Shown here in pieces: positions 19,136 to 27,904 of a stretch of 64,000 bases of DNA. Below the pieces are notes generated by a model, which had not been told where the DNA came from, did not search any database, and was given only the letters and a program-made list of their open reading frames with translations. Position numbers and translations under genes: made by a program. How positions within the stretch are numbered: position 1 is the first letter of the stretch; the number at the start of each line of letters is the position of its first letter. Origin of the DNA: Methanobacteriota archaeon (GTDB lineage: Archaea; JAADCQ01; Methanopyri; Methanopyrales; Methanopyraceae). Where the stretch lies: positions 1 to 64,000 of the forward strand of contig JAMOPO010000003.1 in the NCBI GenBank assembly GCA_027064425.1. The letters are read 5' to 3'.

Positions 19136-19692
19136 GTGTACACGGCCCCGAGTGAGCGCTCGGGCGAGACGGAAATTAGCATCGCCTTCTTCAAGCTGAC
19201 GTACGCGACTCCGAACGACTCGATGACCCTCAGCCCCGACCCCTTCGCGATGAAGAGGTTGTTGCCCACCATCACCACCAGGTTCTTACCGATGGAAGCG
19301 GTGAAGAAGTTGCCCGGAATGATCACTCGCAGGTGGTTCGATTTCAGACCGTAACCCGAGACCGCGGCCCGGTCGGAGATGCTGTCCACGTGGATCCGGC
19401 TGACGAGTCTAATCCTCGGCCGGAGCGTTACGTACCCTGGCCCGGTGATCAGGTCTCCAATGAACAGGTCCTCCGAGGAGATGAAGGTGTTAGTGGGAAG
19501 CGCCGACTTCACCGCCGGACCCAGCACGGTCGGCAGTAGGAGGGTGCTGTAGGCGTCTTGGCGGTTCAACCAGGCGTAGCAGACGCGGTGGTCTTTGATC
19601 GAGTAGCGCGGGGTGCTCGCGGCGTGGGCGTTGATGGCAGCCAGGGCCAGGAGCACTACCACTCCGGCGATTTTAACCTGGTTAACACCCAC
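19093..19692 (-). CDS. Exported hypothetical protein
   Basis: KIAGVVVLLALAAINAHA signal peptide; start uncertain. Confidence 0.6.
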   Translation of the reverse strand: MGVNQVKIAGVVVLLALAAINAHAASTPRYSIKDHRVCYAWLNRQDAYSTLLLPTVLGPAVKSALPTNTFISSEDLFIGDLITGPGYVTLRPRIRLVSRIHVDSISDRAAVSGYGLKSNHLRVIIPGNFFTASIGKNLVVMVGNNLFIAKGSGLRVIESFGVAYVSLKKAMLISVSPERSLGAVYTWKPKLSLPSQLPF

Positions 19693-20219
19693 CAGATACC
19701 CCCCTCCATGAGGACAACGACCGCCACCGCCGTCAAGAATTGCGGGAGGACGGCCGGCAACGGTACTATCGGCCATGCCAGGTACTTGTACCAGGCGACC
19801 AAGACGTTGGACGCGGCGGTGACTGCGGCTCCGACAACCAGCGAGGTTCGGGGTCTGACGCTCGCGAGGCAGTTCAGGAGCCAGGTCGCCGTCAGGGAGC
19901 AGGAGTAGAGCACGTCGGCCCACTGGTTCACGCCAGTGAGGATGACCGCGAGCGCCGACCCGACCGCATAAAGCAGCACCACCGCGTCCGTGACCCCGTA
20001 CGACAGCAGTATGGGAGCCCCGGTGAAGTAGGCGTAAAGGTTGCCCGGGACGGGCACGGAGACGCCGTACACCACGACCAGGACCGGGGCGAGGTAAAGC
20101 ACGGAGTACAGCTGAGTCAGGGCGCGGTCCGGGCGCCTCAAGACGACGTAGGTCGCGGCTGCGAAGGGGAGGCTGGTGAGCACCGTGTTAATCGTCGCCA
20201 CGGTCTCCGGTCTTAGCAT
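19656..20219 (-). CDS. Multipass membrane protein
   Basis: About six hydrophobic segments; ATG 20219 preferred over the longer ORF. Confidence 0.65.
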   Translation of the reverse strand: MLRPETVATINTVLTSLPFAAATYVVLRRPDRALTQLYSVLYLAPVLVVVYGVSVPVPGNLYAYFTGAPILLSYGVTDAVVLLYAVGSALAVILTGVNQWADVLYSCSLTATWLLNCLASVRPRTSLVVGAAVTAASNVLVAWYKYLAWPIVPLPAVLPQFLTAVAVVVLMEGGIWWVLTRLKSPEW

Positions 20220-20622
20220 GCGAGGTACTCCCAACGAACATCTTGGTGATCTCCTCCACGTACACGCGCAGCGCCCGGCGGACGTCGCCCTGCTCCAGGG
20301 CCTGCTGGATCTCGTCCTCGCGGTCCAGCACCACAAACTCCCGCCTGCGCGCCGCGATGCTCTCGGCCACCTCCCGCAGGAAGTTCTCCTTGGTGAGCTC
20401 GTACAGGGCAAGGAACACGGCCTCGGTGGCGAGGCTGAACTCGGGCGGCGTCCATGGTATCCGCGTGAACACCACGGCGAAGGCCAGCAGTAGCACGAAC
20501 AGGATAATCAGCGGGGTCAGCGCGAACACCGCGACGATGAGCAGGACGGGCAGGACGAAGAACAGGAGGAAGAGGTAAGCCACCACCCGGATGGCCTCCG
20601 CCCTAGAGCGCTCCTTTGCCAT
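20188..20622 (-). CDS. Membrane protein
   Basis: Two N-terminal TM helices and a charged C-terminal domain; abuts the upstream gene. Confidence 0.7.
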   Translation of the reverse strand: MAKERSRAEAIRVVAYLFLLFFVLPVLLIVAVFALTPLIILFVLLLAFAVVFTRIPWTPPEFSLATEAVFLALYELTKENFLREVAESIAARRREFVVLDREDEIQQALEQGDVRRALRVYVEEITKMFVGSTSHAKTGDRGDD

Positions 20623-21693
20623 TCATACCACCCACTCGTCTTCCATGTCCTCCTCGGCCTCCTTGCCCGGTGCTACCTTGACGTCTCGCAGTGTACAGCC
20701 GCGGACTTCGGCGTCGTGCCCGATGACACACCCGTCGAGCTCCGCGTCCTCGATGTGGCACTTCTCCGCGATGATGGTGTCCCTAATCTCCGCGTCCTCG
20801 ACCCTGGTGTCCGCCAGGATAACCGAGTTCTCGATCGTGGCCCCCTCGATTTCGACTCGCTCGCCGATGTACACGTACGGGCCGAGCTCGGAGCTCCTGA
20901 CTTCGCTCATCGGGTCGGCGACGACGGGCTCCTTAACGTCCGCCTCGTCCATCCTAACCCCCACCAGGGCCGCGCCCGAGCACTCGTGCTCCATCAGGAC
21001 CCGGTGCGCTTCGAGGTAAGTCTCCGGCAGCCCGACGTCGACCCAGTACCCCTCGAACTTGAACCCGTAAAGCAGGCCCTCTTCGGCCAGCTTCGGGAAG
21101 ATCTCGCGCTCGATGGAGACCGGGCGGCCCTCGGGGATGTAGTCGAGCACCTCCCGGTCCAGGATGTAGGCGCCGGCGTTGATCAGGTTGGAGGGAGCCT
21201 CCTCGGGGGCCGGCTTCTCGACGAAGTCCAGGATGCGGTTGTCCTCGTCTAGGTCCACCACGCCGAACCGGGAGACCTCGTCCTTGGGCACCGGGTAGAG
21301 CGCGATCGTGGCGATGCCGTCATGCTCGCGGTGGAACTCGAGCATCTCGCGCACATCGAGCGAGGAGATGATGTCGCCGTTGAACGCGATGAACACGTCC
21401 GCGGTCGAGTCGCGGCAGGCGAACTTGATCGCGCCCGCCGTGTCCAGGGGCTTGGGCTCGACCTTCAGGTGGAGCTTGCGTGGGAGCGGGTTGGACTCGA
21501 CGTACCTCTCCAGCTTGTCGGAGCTGAATCCGGCCGCAAGGTGCACGTGCACGACGTCGTCGGGCAGGCTGCGGATCACCCACTCGAGCAGGGGTCGGCC
21601 GAGGATCGGAACCAGCGGCTTGGGCGTGTCCCAGGTGAGCGGCCTCAGCCGGGTCCCGAACCCGCCGGCCAGGACCACCGCGTCCACGTTCAA
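20623..21693 (-). CDS. NDP-sugar pyrophosphorylase (mannose-1-phosphate guanylyltransferase-like)
   Basis: LAGGFGTRLRPLT, PKPL, NGD, FVEKP, INAGAY, YWVDVG, C-terminal hexapeptide repeats. Confidence 0.9.
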   Translation of the reverse strand: MNVDAVVLAGGFGTRLRPLTWDTPKPLVPILGRPLLEWVIRSLPDDVVHVHLAAGFSSDKLERYVESNPLPRKLHLKVEPKPLDTAGAIKFACRDSTADVFIAFNGDIISSLDVREMLEFHREHDGIATIALYPVPKDEVSRFGVVDLDEDNRILDFVEKPAPEEAPSNLINAGAYILDREVLDYIPEGRPVSIEREIFPKLAEEGLLYGFKFEGYWVDVGLPETYLEAHRVLMEHECSGAALVGVRMDEADVKEPVVADPMSEVRSSELGPYVYIGERVEIEGATIENSVILADTRVEDAEIRDTIIAEKCHIEDAELDGCVIGHDAEVRGCTLRDVKVAPGKEAEEDMEDEWVV

Positions 21694-21708
21694 CGCTCCT
21701 CGCCCCGG

Positions 21709-22641
21709 TCAGAGGTGGTCCCACCAGTCCCGGGCCTGGGAGGTGTTGACGGGACCGTACGCCGCGTCAATCGCCAGGTACAGGGCGGGCAGGACCACGA
21801 CGGGCGCGTTCGGATCATCTGGTTCGGCCTTAACTTTTACCACCTCATTCGGGCGGAAAACGTTGGCCTCGCCGCTCGAACGCTCCTCGATGAGGTCCGC
21901 GCTGCCCTCGTTCAGGCAGATGTAGAGCCGGCGCGAGTGGTCCCCGAAGAACCTGCCGTGAAAGAGCTCGTCGGTCGTGGTGGCCAGGGCGTTGGCGTCC
22001 CCGACCTCCACGGCCTTGAGCGCGGCCTGCTCCGCGGCGACGTGGAGGTACCCATCTCCCACGAAGAAGACCTTCTCGCACTCGCGCATGGCCTCGACGA
22101 GGTCGTCCCGCGGGCCCGCCTCAATCGACTTCTCCACCTCTTTCGGCGCCCTCGTGTCCAGGACGTCCAATCCCGTGATCTCGGACACGTAGGCGCAGAA
22201 GACGTACATGGCCGCGACGATGGTCTTCGTGTTCAGGAACCCGGACTCCCGTTCCACCGGGATGAGCAGGACCGAGTCCGCCTCCCGGGCGAGCGGAGAG
22301 TCCTTCTCGCACGTGACGGCCATGATGTCGGTACCGTCGAACTCGCGCGCGATCCGGTGTGAATCCTTCCCGCCGGAGATGGAGAAGATGATCACGGTGT
22401 CCGCACCGTCGACCCAGGGGGCCAGCTTGCCCGGGTAGTGAGAGGCGGCCACGTCGGTCTCCCGGGTGAGCAGCATGGAGGCGTAGTAAGCCACGTGGTA
22501 GCTGCTGCCCGAGCCGGTGGTGATGACGAAGTTCCGCTCGCGGAGGTCCGGCAGGCCGCTCAGGTCGGCCTCCAGCACGCTCCTGAGGGCCTCCGGCGTC
22601 TCTCTGACGTCATCGGCCATCCGCTCACTCAAGCAGGACAC
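21709..22641 (-). CDS. Double-SIS sugar-phosphate isomerase (like the GlmS isomerase domain)
   Basis: TGSGSSY, SISG, SPLAREAD, ALKAVE, ELFHG; no glutaminase domain. Confidence 0.8.
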   Translation of the reverse strand: MSCLSERMADDVRETPEALRSVLEADLSGLPDLRERNFVITTGSGSSYHVAYYASMLLTRETDVAASHYPGKLAPWVDGADTVIIFSISGGKDSHRIAREFDGTDIMAVTCEKDSPLAREADSVLLIPVERESGFLNTKTIVAAMYVFCAYVSEITGLDVLDTRAPKEVEKSIEAGPRDDLVEAMRECEKVFFVGDGYLHVAAEQAALKAVEVGDANALATTTDELFHGRFFGDHSRRLYICLNEGSADLIEERSSGEANVFRPNEVVKVKAEPDDPNAPVVVLPALYLAIDAAYGPVNTSQARDWWDHL

Positions 22642-23068
22642 CCCAGGTTACTCGGTTGTTCATCCAGTAGTTCCAGAGCGTGGCTGCTGCGATCCCGAAC
22701 AGGGCCGAAACTATATAATAAATATGGAAGAACGCGGTCAGCACCCATAGGACGGTCGTGTTTATCACGAGCCCGCCCGCGCATATCACGTTGAAGGCCG
22801 CAAGCCGCTTTAGAAAGTTGATCAGGCCCGGATCGCGCCGATCCCTCCACGTCCACAGGTCGTTCAGTATGAAATTGGATATTATTGATACTTCCACCGC
22901 GATCACGTTGGACACCAGGTAGTATATTCCCACGATCTCGGTTAGGAACCAAAGGAGCCCCAGGTTCACGAAGACGCCGCTCAGCCCCACCAGCGAGAAC
23001 TTCAGGAACCTCTCCGGGTCGTCTACGCCCGGCGTTTTCTCGAGGACCTTAAACACCAGCCTGATCAA
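22625..23068 (-). CDS. GtrA family lipid-linked sugar flippase
   Basis: FLKFSLVGLSG, NFILNDLWTW, WNYWMNNRVTW; four TM helices. Confidence 0.9.
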   Translation of the reverse strand: MIRLVFKVLEKTPGVDDPERFLKFSLVGLSGVFVNLGLLWFLTEIVGIYYLVSNVIAVEVSIISNFILNDLWTWRDRRDPGLINFLKRLAAFNVICAGGLVINTTVLWVLTAFFHIYYIVSALFGIAAATLWNYWMNNRVTWGVLLE

Positions 23069-23093
23069 CGCGCCTCACCCGGGGGACCTCGGG

Positions 23094-24464
23094 ATGGGAA
23101 GGTTGTTCGGCACGTTCGGGGTTCGGGGAGTCGTGGGTGAGGACCTGACGGAGGACCTCGCGAGGCGGCTCGGCCTCGCCTTCGGCACGTACCTGGGCGG
23201 CGACGCCGAGGTGCTGGTCGGTGGTGACACGAGGACGAGCACGGACACGCTCAAGGACGCGCTCGTCTCCGGCCTCACGGCCGCGGGCTGCGACGTGGTC
23301 GATGTCGGCGTCGCGCCCACCCCAGCCGTGCAGTACCTGGTTGAGTCCGAGGGGTTCGACGCGGGAGCCGTCGTCACGGCGTCACATAACCCACCGGAGT
23401 TCAACGGTATCAAGCTGCTGGGCTCCGACGGGTGCGGCCTGCCCAAGGAGGCGGAGCGCGAGGTCGAGCGGATCTACTTCGAGGAGGGCGAGGACCGGGC
23501 CGAGTGGGAATCCGTCGGGACCAGGACCCGGGCTCCCGAGCTCTTAAACGATTTCGTAGGGGCCGTTCGGGACTACGTGGGCGACTTCGACGGGGAGGGG
23601 CTCCGCGTCGTCGTGGACGCCGCCAACGGCGCCGGCGCCCTCGTGACGCCGCGCCTGCTCTCGGAGCTCGGCGTAGAGGTCGTCAGCGTGAACGCGCACC
23701 CGGACGGGAGGTTCCCGGGCCGCGAGCCGGAGCCCTCCGAGGAGAACCTGAAGGAGACCATGCGCATGGTCCGCGCGTCGGGCGCGGACTTCGGGATGGC
23801 GCACGACGGCGACGCCGACCGGCTCATCCTGATCACCGGGGATGGTCGGTTCGTCCCGGGCGATTACTCCCTCGCGCTCATCAGCGCGTGGGCGCTCGAC
23901 GAGGGCAAGGGTCGCCAGATCGTCACCCCGGTCAGCTCGTCCATGTGCGTGCAGGAGGTGGCGGAGGAGCACGGTGGTGAGGTCGTCTGGACGAAGGTGG
24001 GCGAGCCGATCGTCGTCGAGGAGATCAAGCGCGCGGACGACCCCGCGCTCGGCGGCGAGGAGAACGGGGGCATCATCTACCCGGACTTCCACCTCTCGAG
24101 GAACGGCATCATCACCGCGCTCCTCGTCTGCAAGCTCGTCGCGGAGGAGGGCTCGCTGGACGACCTGCTCGCCGAGGTGCCTCAGTACCATCTGCACAAG
24201 ACGGGCGTGGAGTGCCCCGACGACCTGAAGCCCCGGGTGATGGAGGAGGTCGAGTCCCTGGTGGAAGAGGAGGAGGTGGAGGAGGTGATCACGATCGACG
24301 GCGTGAAGCTGTTCTACGAGGACGGGTGGGTGCTGGTGCGACCGTCCGGAACGGAGCCCCTGATCCGCGTGTTCGGTGAGGCTCGGGACGAGGACACGGC
24401 CGTCAAGCGGGTCGAGGAGTGGAAGCGGCGCGTGGAGGAGATCGTCCGGGAGCTGCAGGGGTAG
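23094..24464 (+). CDS. Phosphohexomutase (PMM/GlmM family)
   Basis: FGTFGVRG, TASHNP, DGDADR, GEENGG, VRPSGTEP. Confidence 0.93.
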   Translation: MGRLFGTFGVRGVVGEDLTEDLARRLGLAFGTYLGGDAEVLVGGDTRTSTDTLKDALVSGLTAAGCDVVDVGVAPTPAVQYLVESEGFDAGAVVTASHNPPEFNGIKLLGSDGCGLPKEAEREVERIYFEEGEDRAEWESVGTRTRAPELLNDFVGAVRDYVGDFDGEGLRVVVDAANGAGALVTPRLLSELGVEVVSVNAHPDGRFPGREPEPSEENLKETMRMVRASGADFGMAHDGDADRLILITGDGRFVPGDYSLALISAWALDEGKGRQIVTPVSSSMCVQEVAEEHGGEVVWTKVGEPIVVEEIKRADDPALGGEENGGIIYPDFHLSRNGIITALLVCKLVAEEGSLDDLLAEVPQYHLHKTGVECPDDLKPRVMEEVESLVEEEEVEEVITIDGVKLFYEDGWVLVRPSGTEPLIRVFGEARDEDTAVKRVEEWKRRVEEIVRELQG

Positions 24465-24468
24465 CCGG

Positions 24469-25902
24469 ATGGAGCGGCTGCAGTGGCGCGAGGCCTCCCC
24501 CGCCGAGTTCTTCGAGCGCAACCGCGAGATGTTGGGCTTCGACGGGCCCGTCAAGAGCCTCGTGATGGTCATTCACGAGCTGGTCACCAACGCCATGGAC
24601 GCCTGCCACCTCCATCGCATCCGTCCCGACGTCCGCGTCGACATCCGCCGGGTGGGCGACGGAGTCTACCGCGTCCGCGTGCTGGACAACGGCCCCGGGA
24701 TCCCGCCGAAGCGCGTGCCCAAGGTCTTCGGCAAGTTCCTCGCCGGCGACAAGTTCGACCCCGTGTACGGCATCCAGTCCATGGGGCAGCAGGGAATCGG
24801 GGCGGCGGGGGTCGCCCTCTACGCCCACATGACCACCGGCGAGCCCGTGCGCGTTCTCACCTCCACCGATGGTAAGGTCGCTCACTACTTCGAGGTGCGT
24901 CCCGACCCCAGCGAGAACGAGCCCGTCGTCCTGCGCCGCGAGCGCCGGACCGCCACCCGGCGCGGAACGCTCGTTGAGGTCACCGTGGGCGACGTGCGCT
25001 ACGAGTCCGGCCGCCGGGGACCGCTCGAGTACCTCAGGCGGCTCCACGCGGCCAACCCGCACGCCCGACTGATCCTCCGCGACCCGAACGGCCGCGCCCA
25101 CCGCTGGGAGCCGCGGGTCGACGAGGTTCCCGAGCCGCCCAAGGTGCTCAAGCCCCACCCTCACTCCCTCGACGCCCACAAGCTCCTCCGGCTGGCGGAG
25201 CGGACCAACCGACAGACCGTGCGAACGCTGCTGACGGAGGAGCTCTGCCGCTTCTCGCGCGAGAGGATCGACGAGATGAAGGAGAAGCTGCCGGAGGACG
25301 TCGACCTGGAGAAGGACCCGAAGGAGCTCACCCGGCGCGAGGCCGAGGCCATCGTCGAGGCGCTGCGCCAGATGGACTTCATGCGGCCGCCGTCCGACGT
25401 GGTCTCACCCATCGGAGAGGAGGCGCTCACGGCTGCGCTGGAGGCGGAGGGGTGTCGGCTGGTCGCCGCCGTATCCCGTGACCCCGTTCCCACCCGGGAC
25501 AACGTCCTGCAGGTCGAGGTCGCGGTGGGTCTCGTGGAGGATGGTCAGGGCGACCTGTGGCGGTACGCCAACCGAGCCCCCCTGATGTTCCGGTCCGGCG
25601 GCTGCTCGATCACGCAGGGCGTCGAGGACGTGGACTACTCCCGCTACGACCTGGACGAGGACCGGCTGCTGATCCTGGCGAACGTGAACTCGCCGTTCGT
25701 CCCCTTCAGCGGCCCCTCGAAGCAGGAGATCGGAAGTGAGCTCGTCCGGGAGGAAGTTAAAAAAGCGGTGCAGCACGCCTGTCGCCGGCTGGGCCGCGAG
25801 GTCCGGCGGCTGGAGCGGGAGCGTCGGGAGCGGGAGCGTCGCCGCAAGATCCGCCGGCATCTGAGCATCGTCCGGCGCAAGGCTCGGGAAATCCTGTCCT
25901 AG
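24469..25902 (+). CDS. top6B: DNA topoisomerase VI subunit B
   Basis: SPAEFF, ELVTNAMDA, DNGPGI, GQQGIG, PHPH, RYANRAPL; no top6A in the window. Confidence 0.88.
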   Translation: MERLQWREASPAEFFERNREMLGFDGPVKSLVMVIHELVTNAMDACHLHRIRPDVRVDIRRVGDGVYRVRVLDNGPGIPPKRVPKVFGKFLAGDKFDPVYGIQSMGQQGIGAAGVALYAHMTTGEPVRVLTSTDGKVAHYFEVRPDPSENEPVVLRRERRTATRRGTLVEVTVGDVRYESGRRGPLEYLRRLHAANPHARLILRDPNGRAHRWEPRVDEVPEPPKVLKPHPHSLDAHKLLRLAERTNRQTVRTLLTEELCRFSRERIDEMKEKLPEDVDLEKDPKELTRREAEAIVEALRQMDFMRPPSDVVSPIGEEALTAALEAEGCRLVAAVSRDPVPTRDNVLQVEVAVGLVEDGQGDLWRYANRAPLMFRSGGCSITQGVEDVDYSRYDLDEDRLLILANVNSPFVPFSGPSKQEIGSELVREEVKKAVQHACRRLGREVRRLERERRERERRRKIRRHLSIVRRKAREILS

Positions 25903-25964
25903 CTCGTGATGAGCTCACGACGGGGAGACCGGGAGGGATGATCGGCCCCCTGGCAGGCTGAAAA
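25903..25964 (+). ncRNA. C/D box guide sRNA candidate
   Basis: C GTGATGA 25906-25912, C' GGATGA 25936-25941, D CTGA 25958-25961; D' degenerate; guide CTCACGACGG is complementary to the 23S motif CCGUCGUGAG (recalled from memory). Confidence 0.7.
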
Positions 25965-25965
25965 C

Positions 25966-26052
25966 GGCGCGGGACGAGGTAGCCGGCGGGGAGCGTACGG
26001 GCTCTTAGACCCGCCGCGATGAGCCGCCGGATGCCGCGGCCGCGCCACACCC
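25966..26052 (+). ncRNA. H/ACA pseudouridylation guide RNA candidate
   Basis: Lower stem GGCGCGG/CCGCGCC then ACA 26047-26049; pocket strands CGAGGTAGC and GCCGCGG; upper stem CGGCGG/CCGCCG; GGA/GATGA K-turn; 3' guide starts 14 nt before ACA. Confidence 0.75.
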
Positions 26053-26067
26053 CCGAACTAGGGGCCA

Positions 26068-26133
26068 CCGATGACGAGCTTCACCCTGTCCGACCCGCCG
26101 GGTGAGAATGAGGAGGGGAGCGTTTGCCGAGGG
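26068..26133 (+). ncRNA. C/D box guide sRNA candidate
   Basis: C ATGACGA 26071-26077, D' CCGA 26090-26093, C' ATGAGGA 26108-26114, D CCGA 26127-26130; both guides 12 nt. Confidence 0.75.
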
Positions 26134-26186
26134 TCAGGGGCGGGAGTACTCTTCATCGATCCGCGGCTTGCATGATCATCATCCCC
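26130..26186 (-). ncRNA. C/D box guide sRNA candidate
   Basis: Minus strand GGGG-ATGATGA-tcatgcaagccg-CGGA-tcg-ATGAAGA-gtactcccgccc-CTGA-CCC. Confidence 0.8.
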
Positions 26187-26259
26187 GGCGCGGCGCGCCG
26201 GGCCCGTTGAAAAGCCTCTCGCCCGGGAAGTTGCCGCCGGCTCCTTGCCCGCTCACACA

Positions 26260-26282
26260 ATCGTTATGAACCTCGTAACGAT
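26260..26282. repeat. 23-bp palindromic element, copy 3
   Basis: ATCGTTA-TGAACCTCG-TAACGAT; 9 nt downstream of the tRNA-Asn CCA. Confidence 0.88.
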
Positions 26283-26291
26283 AGTCGGGTT

Positions 26292-26367
26292 TGGCGCCGC
26301 GGCCCGGACTTGAACCGGGGACCACGGGATTAACAGTCCCGCGCTCTACCTACTGAGCTGCCGCGGC
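26292..26367 (-). tRNA. tRNA-Asn(GTT); C8, encoded CCA
   Basis: GCCGCGG acceptor stem, anticodon arm CGGGA-CTGTTAA-TCCCG, GTTCAAGTC, discriminator G. Confidence 0.97.
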
Positions 26368-26397
26368 CTCGCCCGGGGCCGTGCCCCACCTGGTCGC

Positions 26398-26415
26398 TGC
26401 AAATATAACGTTTTC
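26398..26415 (-). promoter_or_regulatory. BRE/TATA promoter of tRNA-Asn
   Basis: Minus-strand GAAAACGTTATATTTG about 35 nt upstream of the tRNA. Confidence 0.7.
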
Positions 26416-26427
26416 GGGGGAGGACCG

Positions 26428-27006
26428 GTGCCGGTGAGGTTGAAGGTGGTCGGATCGGAGGAGCGCGAGGAGTCGCTGCGCGACCGCCTCTCCCTGCTCA
26501 GCCCCTCGGAGGACGTGGAAGTGCTCTTCGACGAGGAGGCAGGTATGGTGAGGGTCTCCGCCTCGGGCACGAGGATCAGGGTTAGGAGGGAGTCCGCCTA
26601 CGCGTCGACCCGGGGCAGGATCAACGAGGACGCCGTGGCCGCGGCCTCGGTGGTGATCCCGGAGCTGGGGGTTGGGAAGTCCGTGGAGAGGTTCATGTCG
26701 TCCGTCGTGGACCTCGGCAGGACGGTCCCGTCCGACCGCGAGCTGGTGGCGGTGCTGAGGGGGCGGGACGTCGTGGTGAAGTTTCGCGGGGGCACCGACC
26801 GGGGCGGTTACGCGCTGGAGTCGCGCGGGAGCGTGCTGGTCAGGAGGACCAGGTCGGTCTGCGAGATCGAGGTGCTGACCACGGTACAGGACGTCGACGG
26901 GCTGGCCCGGAGGGCCCAGCGCGTCTGGAGGCAGCTGGCTAGACTCTCGGCGGGGGAGGAGGTGGAGGACGTGCTGGGAGAGATACTCCAGGTGATAGGG
27001 AGGTGA
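26428..27006 (+). CDS. Hypothetical protein
   Basis: GGAGG RBS, typical composition. Confidence 0.65.
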   Translation: MPVRLKVVGSEEREESLRDRLSLLSPSEDVEVLFDEEAGMVRVSASGTRIRVRRESAYASTRGRINEDAVAAASVVIPELGVGKSVERFMSSVVDLGRTVPSDRELVAVLRGRDVVVKFRGGTDRGGYALESRGSVLVRRTRSVCEIEVLTTVQDVDGLARRAQRVWRQLARLSAGEEVEDVLGEILQVIGR

Positions 27007-27010
27007 GTCA

Positions 27011-27904
27011 GTGCAGTGGTGGAAGCTCGTGGAGACCCTGGCAACGATGTACGTGGGAACCCTGCTGGCCTCCCTGGTGGGCTCCCGGCCCGAGTGCGTC
27101 CGGACGCTGATACGCCCGCTTAAGCCGCTGGTGGGCGGCGGAAGGCTGGGCCGCGCCGCCGTGCTCTCCGTGCTGAGCTCTTCGGTGGCCATGTACGCGG
27201 CCCGTGACTCGGCGAAGGGTCTGCGCGACGTCTCGTCGTTCCTGCTCCTCCTGGCGTTCCCAGCCTCGCTGGCGGCCGCCGTGCAGTTCTACCTCCCCGT
27301 CGTCGCTCCGCTGGTGGGGCCCGCGTGCCTGATCCTCGTGGCTATCTCGATGGTCTCCGCGCTGATCACCTCGCTGATCGGCAGGATTCTGTCCGATGAC
27401 GAGGGCGGCGGCGACGCGCCCCGGGACCTGAGGCTCGTGAGAAGGCCGCTAAGGACGGCCAACCGCGTCTTCCTGAGGGTGGCTCCCCCGGTGATGGCCG
27501 CGGTTCTGGCCTTTCACTGGTGCGAGCGGGAGCACCTGCTGGACCCGCTGATCTCCCGCCTCGCGCCGCTGGCCACCTCGTTCAACCTGCCTCCCGCGGC
27601 CTCGCTGGTGGTGCTGGGGTGCCTGGTTAACGTGGCGGTCGGGGCGGCCGTGGGAGCGGAGCTCATGGAGCGGGGCAAGCTGGACTGGTGGAGCGTGGCG
27701 ATGGCGCTGTCGCTGGGGCGCGCCCTCTCGCTGTTCAGGATCCACGCGCAGTTCCTGGCGCCCCCCGCCCTGTCGTTTTTCGGTGGGCTGGGGGCCGCGG
27801 GCGTCGCCCTCAGGACGCTCGTGGAGACCGGCGCGAACGTGGCAGTGGTGTGGGCGCTATCACAGGCGCCCCGCCTCCTCCCTCTCCACCACCTCCCCGC
27901 CTGA
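27011..27904 (+). CDS. Multipass membrane protein, possibly nucleoside-recognition (Gate) domain type
   Basis: GGAGGTGA RBS; two internally repeated PL...LP/LG TM units. Confidence 0.6.
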   Translation: MQWWKLVETLATMYVGTLLASLVGSRPECVRTLIRPLKPLVGGGRLGRAAVLSVLSSSVAMYAARDSAKGLRDVSSFLLLLAFPASLAAAVQFYLPVVAPLVGPACLILVAISMVSALITSLIGRILSDDEGGGDAPRDLRLVRRPLRTANRVFLRVAPPVMAAVLAFHWCEREHLLDPLISRLAPLATSFNLPPAASLVVLGCLVNVAVGAAVGAELMERGKLDWWSVAMALSLGRALSLFRIHAQFLAPPALSFFGGLGAAGVALRTLVETGANVAVVWALSQAPRLLPLHHLPA

